From an uncultured bacterium (GTDB lineage Bacteria; Verrucomicrobiota; Verrucomicrobiia; Limisphaerales; UBA8199): a stretch of 64,000 nt of DNA. The position numbers and the translations under genes were made by a program. The notes beneath the pieces are model-generated. The model ran no database searches. It was not told the origin of the DNA and worked only from the letters and a program-made list of their open reading frames with translations. Each line of letters begins with the position of its first letter. Positions within the stretch are counted from its first letter, which is position 1. The stretch covers positions 544,001-608,000 of the forward strand of contig CAVVMW010000023.1 in assembly GCA_963749495.1 (NCBI GenBank), read 5' to 3'. This document shows positions 58,004 through 64,000 of this stretch, piece by piece.

Positions 58004-58630
58004 GTGGTCCTTTATAGGGTCTCGGCCTCCTCCCTTTGCTCCCCCAATCGAGGCAAAGGGCGTTTCGGATCGATCAAATGGGCCACCCAATTGGCGGCGC
58101 GCAGGTCAAATCGCAGTCCCATAAGCGGCTTGGTGATTGCCTCTTGCACTTTAAACCTCGAAGGTCTGGGAATCAATAGTTTTTGAGCCCCATGAGTAAG
58201 GCCTCAGCCGCGGCGGGAGCGGCACCGGAAGGGCGTCGCCCAACGCGAAGCGTTTCGGACTGCGGCAGTCCCTTCTCATCTTTCCCGCCAAAAAACTCGA
58301 CTAGCCTGGATTTCCACGGAACACAATTCGCCTAACAACGGTGGCTGGATGGAGCGGACCTCTCGCTCGGCCCGCACGCGCCCGTTGTAGCCCTGATTTT
58401 GAGGTAAACGCGCGGGTTTTGGCATCTCTCTCGGCACTTCCATCGCGGGGATTTGCCTCCACATTAGTTAATAAATGGGTTATCTGATAAATGATGATGC
58501 GGTATTCTAACATTAAGTAACCGACGGATGTCACAAGAACTGCCTGCCGTCTAGAAAGCCCAATTATGCCGCATTTCGCGCAATAATTGCCAGGATTCTT
58601 CCCACCGCCCGTTGTGTGGCCAATCCTCCC

Positions 58631-58659
58631 TTGACACCATATCTTGTATGTGATATCTT
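58631..58659 (+). promoter_or_regulatory. Sigma70 promoter of the transposase (leaderless)
   Basis: TTGACA-N17-TATCTT, 6 nt before GTG 58666. Confidence 0.7.
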
Positions 58660-58665
58660 CAGTGC

Positions 58666-60417
58666 GTGGTTATCAGAAAACCATTTATACTCACGGAACC
58701 GCGCGCCTTCTTCCTCCAACCCGCGGTGCCCAAGCAGCGCCAATATGAGGCCCTGCGCGCCTATTTCGTCGAAGGCCGCCCCTCCCACGAGGTCGCCCGC
58801 GCCTTCGGCTACTCCCCGGCCTCCTTCCGCGTCCTGTGCTACAGCTTCTGCCACGACCCCCAGCCCGCCTTCTTCCTCACCACCCATCCCGGCCCCCGGA
58901 CCCAACCCAAAAAGACCGCCGCCCATTCCCTCATCATCGCCCTGCGCAAGCAGAACCACTCGGTCTATGAAATCAGCGAAACGCTCAAGGCCGAAAACCT
59001 CCTCTTGAGCCCCACCGCCGTAGGCGAGGTCCTCAGGGCCGAGGGCTTCGCCCGGCTGCCCCGCCGCTTGGATGAGGAGCGACCCCAGGGCCCCCGTCCC
59101 ACGGTCGAAGCCGTCGCCGACGTGCGCACCTTCTCCCTGGCCCCCCGGCGCTTCCTCACCCAGTGTGGCGGCCTGTTCCTGTTCCTGCCCGAGTTGGCCC
59201 GCCTGCCCGTCGAGACCCTGGCCGAGGCGGCCCGCTTGCCGGGTTCCCGCATGATTCCCCCGGCCCATGCCTTGCGCGCCTGCCTCAGTCTCAAGCTCTG
59301 GTCGGTGGAACGTAAAAGCCACGTCATGTCGCTGGTGGCCGATGAGGGCCTGGCCTTGTTCTCCGGCCTCAACGTCAGCCCCAAGAAAAGCTTCTTTAGC
59401 GAATACTCCTCGCGCATTACCCCAGCCCACACGCAAAGACTCTTGGCCGCTTGGCACGATCAAGCCCAAGGGCGCAAACTCTGGAGCGGGGCCTCCTTCA
59501 ACCTGGATTTCCATTCCGTGCCCTACTACGGGGAGGATCCCCAGGTCCAGTCGCATTACGTGTCCATGCGCAGTCGCCGCCAGCCCAGTATCTTGGCCTT
59601 TTTGGCCCAGGATGATGAGAGCGAGAGCTTCTGCTACTCCAATGCCGATTTGCGCAAGGGCGAGGAGGCCGAGGAAATCTTCGCCTTCATCGCCTTCTGG
59701 CAGAAGGCCCACGGAGGGCCGCCCGAACATCTGGTCTTCGATTCCAAGCTCACCACTTATGCCAACCTGGTGCGCCTGGATGAGGAGTTGCACATTCCTT
59801 TTATTACCCTGCGCCGCCGCTCCCCCAAGCTGCTCAAAGAGGTCTATTCGCTGCCCCGCTCGGCCTGGCGCCAGGTGGAGTTGGACGTGCCCACCCGCCG
59901 CTACCGCACACCGCGCGTTTTCGAGCAACCCGTCCAACTGGAAGGCCATGGGTTCCGGCAACTCTTCGTGTTGGACCTGGGGCACGAGCAACCCACGATC
60001 CTGCTGACCAACCAACACCAGGTCTCGGCCCCAGCCCTGATCACCCGCTACGCCCACCGCATGCTCATTGAGAACAGCCTCAGTGACGCCGTGCGCTTCT
60101 TCCACCTCGACGCCCTCAGTTCGGCCGTCGGGCTCAAGGTGGACTTCGACATGGCCCTGCTGGTGATTGCCAGCGGCCTCTACCGCCTGCTGGCGCGGCG
60201 GATGCGAGGCTACGCCGACGCGCAAGCCCGCCGTATCTTTGCCGACTTGGTGCGCATGCCGGCGCAGGTGGAGGTGAGTGAGCAGGAGGTACGAGTTGAG
60301 TTCCACCGACGGGCTCATTTGCCCATCGTCTTGGCTTCTGGACTCTGCAACCGATCCGTAGCGGTCCCCTGGTGGGAGGGCCGCCGCCTTCGTCTGACCA
60401 CCTACACCGGTCGGTGA
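58666..60417 (+). CDS. DDE transposase
   Basis: HTH N-terminus; LDFHSVPYYG, VFDSKL, YAHRMLIENSL DDE-like motifs; lies inside TIRs. Confidence 0.9.
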   Translation: MVIRKPFILTEPRAFFLQPAVPKQRQYEALRAYFVEGRPSHEVARAFGYSPASFRVLCYSFCHDPQPAFFLTTHPGPRTQPKKTAAHSLIIALRKQNHSVYEISETLKAENLLLSPTAVGEVLRAEGFARLPRRLDEERPQGPRPTVEAVADVRTFSLAPRRFLTQCGGLFLFLPELARLPVETLAEAARLPGSRMIPPAHALRACLSLKLWSVERKSHVMSLVADEGLALFSGLNVSPKKSFFSEYSSRITPAHTQRLLAAWHDQAQGRKLWSGASFNLDFHSVPYYGEDPQVQSHYVSMRSRRQPSILAFLAQDDESESFCYSNADLRKGEEAEEIFAFIAFWQKAHGGPPEHLVFDSKLTTYANLVRLDEELHIPFITLRRRSPKLLKEVYSLPRSAWRQVELDVPTRRYRTPRVFEQPVQLEGHGFRQLFVLDLGHEQPTILLTNQHQVSAPALITRYAHRMLIENSLSDAVRFFHLDALSSAVGLKVDFDMALLVIASGLYRLLARRMRGYADAQARRIFADLVRMPAQVEVSEQEVRVEFHRRAHLPIVLASGLCNRSVAVPWWEGRRLRLTTYTGR

Positions 60418-60573
60418 ATCCGCCAGCGACTCCCCAGCCGGGAGGCTACCGCGAAACCGCCGGTCTGCGCCGGTCTCCGGCCCCGCGGCGGCCCGCGTTA
60501 GGTCAATTCTGTTCCGTGGAAATCCAGGCTAGACATTTTTTGCAATCCGGAAACCCATTGCAAACCCGTTGGG

Positions 60574-60905
60574 GTCATGTCTTTTCATTTGGACAATCGG
60601 TCCTGGATTGCGGCTATTTCTTCTCGCAGGCGGGGATCGGCTTCGAGGCGCCGGCCAAAGCGGGCGAGGGCTTTGCTCACTGCGGCGTAGTCCAAAGCGC
60701 CAGCTAACTTGCCCAGCTCGGCTAAATGGAAACGGGCGGTTCGCCGCGCCAGCCACAGCGCCGCGTCGCGGCCCCAGTCGCCATGCCGCCCGGCGAAGCT
60801 GCTCCAGCGTTCGGCCTTGGCTCGCTCCCAGGCGGAGAGGATGCTCGGCCAGGCCGACGCCTCGGGCGCGCTCCGGAGCGATGCTTGCTCACGCGGGTTA
60901 TTGAG
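60574..60905 (-). pseudogene. C-terminal RAYT fragment (DnaA-C-like HTH) with the same terminal repeat as 56518
   Basis: GRDAALWLARRTARFHLAELG..DYAAVSKAL..LSK*; near-identical to 56518-56650. Confidence 0.75.
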
Positions 60906-61014
60906 GCGCTGGAGCGCGCCAAGGGAGAGAGTTGGGCGGAATTCTTTAGAACGGATTATGAATCTGGATCGGAAAGTACTGGAAATGCCGGACGTTTCGG
61001 GTAACCAAAGTACT

Positions 61015-61242
61015 TCATTCACTGCGGAGTTGCGCGACCATATCGGCCAGATCGTCCAGTTCCGGCGCCGTATCGAAAAACCGTTTCACCCCGCCGGGCA
61101 CCAGCTTATCGAGTTCCTTTCGGCTGATGACCACAACTGGCTCCTTGGTTGCCACAGAGACTTCCTGAGGCCCTTCCCGGAGGGCTTGTTCGACCACCTG
61201 GCTGAATTTGTTTTTGGCTTCGCTCAAGGTCCAGCTCTTCAT
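61015..61242 (-). CDS. Phd/YefM family antitoxin (no adjacent toxin)
   Basis: [29 protein letters not shown]. Confidence 0.85.
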   Translation of the reverse strand: MKSWTLSEAKNKFSQVVEQALREGPQEVSVATKEPVVVISRKELDKLVPGGVKRFFDTAPELDDLADMVAQLRSE

Positions 61243-61274
61243 GCGGAAACTCTAGACCTGAATGGCTAGACTGT

Positions 61275-61392
61275 CTAGATTCCTTGAGTTTCGAAACGTG
61301 ATGCAGACAAGTCAAGTTTGTGGCACGGGCATCCTGCCCGTGGGGGCTTGGGCAAGATGCCCAAGCCACGGTCTGAGGCTCCGCCTCTCTAG
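61275..61392 (+). mobile_element. 118-bp CTAG-bounded MITE (copy 2)
   Basis: CTAGATTCCTTGAG...GGCTCCGCCTCTCTAG. Confidence 0.8.
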
Positions 61393-61503
61393 CCTCAAAT
61401 CTGACCCCACTAACCCCTTCCCCGGGGTCAAGAAAGCGGTCACGATGGATCGGGACCGCAGTCCAAACCCCTGCGGCCTGGCCGGTCGTTCCTCGGCAGG
61501 GCC

Positions 61504-61849
61504 ACTGGCGCATGACGCGGGCCATGGCCAGGGCGGTTTGGGCGGCTTCGGCGCCGCGGTTGTGGGTCTTGCCCAGGCACCGGGCGCGGGCCTGCTCCTC
61601 GTTTTCCAGGAGCAGGACCTCGTGGATGACGGGGACGAAGTATCGAAGTTGGATGGCCATGAGGGCACCGCTGACGGCCTCGCCGATGTGGGCGGCATGG
61701 ACGGTTTGGCCGCGCAGGATGACGCCCAGGCAGATGATGGCGGCCGGGGGCCCGTGGCGTGTCTGGCTGGGGACATCGGGGCGGGCGGCGCTGGCCAGGC
61801 AGGCGGCGACGATCGGGATCTCAAAGGCGCCGGGCACGCGGAAGACCTG
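61504..61849 (-). pseudogene. ribH: 5'-truncated lumazine synthase
   Basis: RVPGAFEIP...[14 protein letters not shown]...PVIHEVL...QARAR...[14 protein letters not shown]-terminal part absent. Confidence 0.8.
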
Positions 61850-62070
61850 GGTGCGCCGGGTGCCAGCGCGACCCTGACGGGCAGTCCGGCAGCGATTGCG
61901 GGCGGGACGGCCAGTTGCGTGGCCGCGGCCAATATGACGGTCGGCTCCTACCAGGTGACGGCCCTCGGGGCCACGGCTTCGGCGTTTAGAACGGCCCTTG
62001 TCGGGTGGAATCGGGGCGTGAGCGCAGGCGAGGATCTCGTCGCCACAACGGCTCGCGCACTGTGAATTGC

Positions 62071-64000
62071 CAGGCTGTTATAGGAAGGATTTGCTCAGAT
62101 CCGGGCAGCAATGTGGGAAGCCATAGAAACGTCCGGCATGCAGAGAGACCAGACCGATCAGAGCCGAACCGATGCTCAGACTCAGGGGAGCACCCCATCA
62201 GGTGTTATTGAGCAGAGGACGACCGACCAGGTCGATGGCCAAGCGGCGATTGTTCCTGGCGGCACAGCGAAAGCGTGGCAGATAGGAGGTGGCTTTGTGC
62301 TGGCGGGCAGCATCCAGGGCACAGAGGCCGATGACCAGGTTGCGCAAGGCACCCAGGTTTTGCGGGCCGTGGCCGGTGCGGACGGTGCAAGCATCTTCGC
62401 CGAAAGTGACATCGCGCACGTAGTGGACCGACTCGATGCTCCAATGGCCACGGCGAAAGGCCTGCAATTGCGCCGCATCCATCTGCGCATTGGGGCGGCT
62501 GCTCAAGACCAGTTCGGCCTCCTCGGTAACGCGAACGGCTTTGAGATGGTGAGTAGTGCGCACGATGACGGCGGCTTGGAGGGCGTGTGGGAAGCCGCAC
62601 TGTTGGGGTGTGACTTCAAAGGGCCAGACCTCGCGGGTTTCATGCCGTCCATGGCCTTGGTCAATCGTGATGTGCTCAGGGGAAAAAAACGCCTTTCGGC
62701 GCGTGAGACAGGCGGGCCAGTTTGTCGAAGAGCTTGGGTTGATTGGCTTTGACGACCAGGAGGTAGTCAGCCTTTTTTTCCTCGACCACATGGTCGGCGG
62801 TGGCGGTCTGAGTATTGAGCGCGTCGGCGCTGACCAAGGTGCCGCGCAGGTCCAAGTCCCGGAGCAGGTCCTTGAGGGTGGGTATTTCATTGGTCTTGGC
62901 CGGGATTTGGATTTGGCGGCAAAAGAGTTGGGTTTGGGTGTCCAGGGCGCCGAAGAGTTGGATGCCTTGTCCGTTGATTTTGGTGGCGGTGCGGGCACAT
63001 TTGCCATCAACGGCCAGTGCGGCGATGCCCGCGTTCTTGAGGTGGGAGCGCAGCCAATCGTTGATCAGCCTGTCCAATTCTGTCGGGTCCAGGCGCTGGA
63101 GGATTCGGCGGATGGTCGTTTCGCTGGGAGGGATGAACTTGCGGGTCTTGCGGCAACGGCAGGCGCGCAGGCTGCGGAGTTGGTTTTGGTTGAGGGACTG
63201 GGAGAACTCGCCAATATCGATCAGGGAGTTGTTGCCCGCAATCATCGCGGCGGCAGCAATGGCCACAATGGAGGCAACGCGGCGATGGCGCCAACCCCGG
63301 TAGCGGCGGGGGTCGTGGAGTGGGGCCAGGGCGTGGAGCAAGCTTTGGGTTTGTTTTCCGCTCAAAGGATATTCCTGAGGCGGGGGCTCTCGGCGATAGG
63401 GCGCCCAAGCTGCCGGCATGAGCGGAGCCGAGAGGATCTGGCGGGCGTTGCGGACCAGCGGATACACGAAGATGGCTTTGGGCTGCTGGTGGAGTTGATA
63501 GAAATCCAGGCGGGAGCGTCCCCAGCCTTTGGTCACGCCGATTTCAAACCAATTGGCGGCACGATAACAGGTGCCTTCGAACCGTTTGGGGTCCACATAG
63601 GTTTCGACCAAGGCGATGGGGTGGCCGTAGTGTTCCAGCCAGTCGGCACTGAGGCGCTGGAGGTTGAGGCTCAGGCAGTGGGAAGCCAGGTTGGGCGAGC
63701 GGCCTTTGGGCCTGAGCAGCGCGAAGCGAGCGTTGCAGGCCAGCAGGTGGCGTCCGGCCTGTCGCTGAGCGTCGGTCCAGCCGATCCAGGCATCGCGGGG
63801 CCGCAGATGGAAGGCGGCGCTGGACCAACCCAACAGGCCGATCCATCGCCCCTTTTTCTTGATCACATAGCGAAGCGACTCGCCGACCATGCGATGCTCT
63901 TTGAGGTAATGGTGTTTTCGGATCAGTTTGTTCCACCGAGCTTCCTCCTCAAGGCTCTTGACCAACTCGACGGTGATCGTCTTATCGGTGGTCTCTCGGA
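62071..64000 (-). mobile_element. ISAs1-family element with DUF4338 (DruA-like) N-terminal domain; continues beyond window
   Basis: CAGG.. end at 62071; transposase motifs below. Confidence 0.8.
62198..64000 (-). CDS. DUF4338-ISAs1 transposase in two frames joined by a +1 shift at 62676-62689
   Basis: HHYL...VETYVDP..FEGTCYRAANW (DUF4338); DPRR, PSETTIRR, LAVDGK, KTNEI, SADALNTQ, VKANQ; second frame HGRHETR, RGHWSIESVHYVRDVTFGED. Confidence 0.88.

Larger units (their letters stand above)
58305..60528 (+). mobile_element. Insertion sequence (IS1380-like) with 24-bp TIRs and CTAG target duplication
   Basis: CTAG|CCTGGATTTCCACGGAACACAATT ... AATTCTGTTCCGTGGAAATCCAGG|CTAG. Confidence 0.88.

Noticed and set aside
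62111..62752. Protein-like plus-strand ORF
   Set aside because: Antisense of the ISAs1 transposase C-terminal frame.
63400..64000. Druantia defence system
   Set aside because: The DUF4338 domain is fused to a transposase and no DruE-type helicase is adjacent.

Overview
GC-rich bacterial chromosome segment, most likely Verrucomicrobiota (Pedosphaerales/Limisphaerales-like). That assignment is inferred from an ECF sigma/FecR-PA14 pair, an H-X9-DG prepilin-like protein and an 'ASTNL..W' C-terminal domain. The housekeeping/metabolic backbone comprises an outer-membrane beta-barrel, AraC, a response regulator, lysA, pilT+TPR, a spermidine-synthase-like methyltransferase, tandem TPR/beta-propeller paralogs, two sigma factors, a partial nuoABCD-I cluster, a GH2 glycosidase, DUF885, a C25 peptidase, a Ski2-like helicase and a PQQ-like propeller. 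Three accessory regions interrupt it. (1) 3.2-8.5 kb: a phage-derived module with small and large terminase, a HEAT/Zn/PD-(D/E)XK nuclease and Mu-type Gam, but no portal or capsid genes. (2) 33.2-36.5 kb: a toxin-antitoxin cluster around a 3' half of tRNA-Arg(CCT), probably an att remnant. (3) 48.2-64 kb: a defence/mobile island with a type I R-M operon, RAYT remnants, an IS1380-like element and a DUF4338-ISAs1 element. The best candidate for an undescribed system is an uncharacterised ~315-aa protein plus a PIN toxin nested between hsdS and hsdM, a possible R-M guard module. The second striking signal is a dense set of 7/8/9/12-mer tandem arrays in inverted pairs, short hairpins that insert into them, and nested MITEs; these have entered the terminase gene in five blocks without breaking its frame. 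Several single-base frameshifts (e.g. in lysA and nuoB) are probably sequencing errors. All family assignments come from motif recognition by eye; no searches were run.
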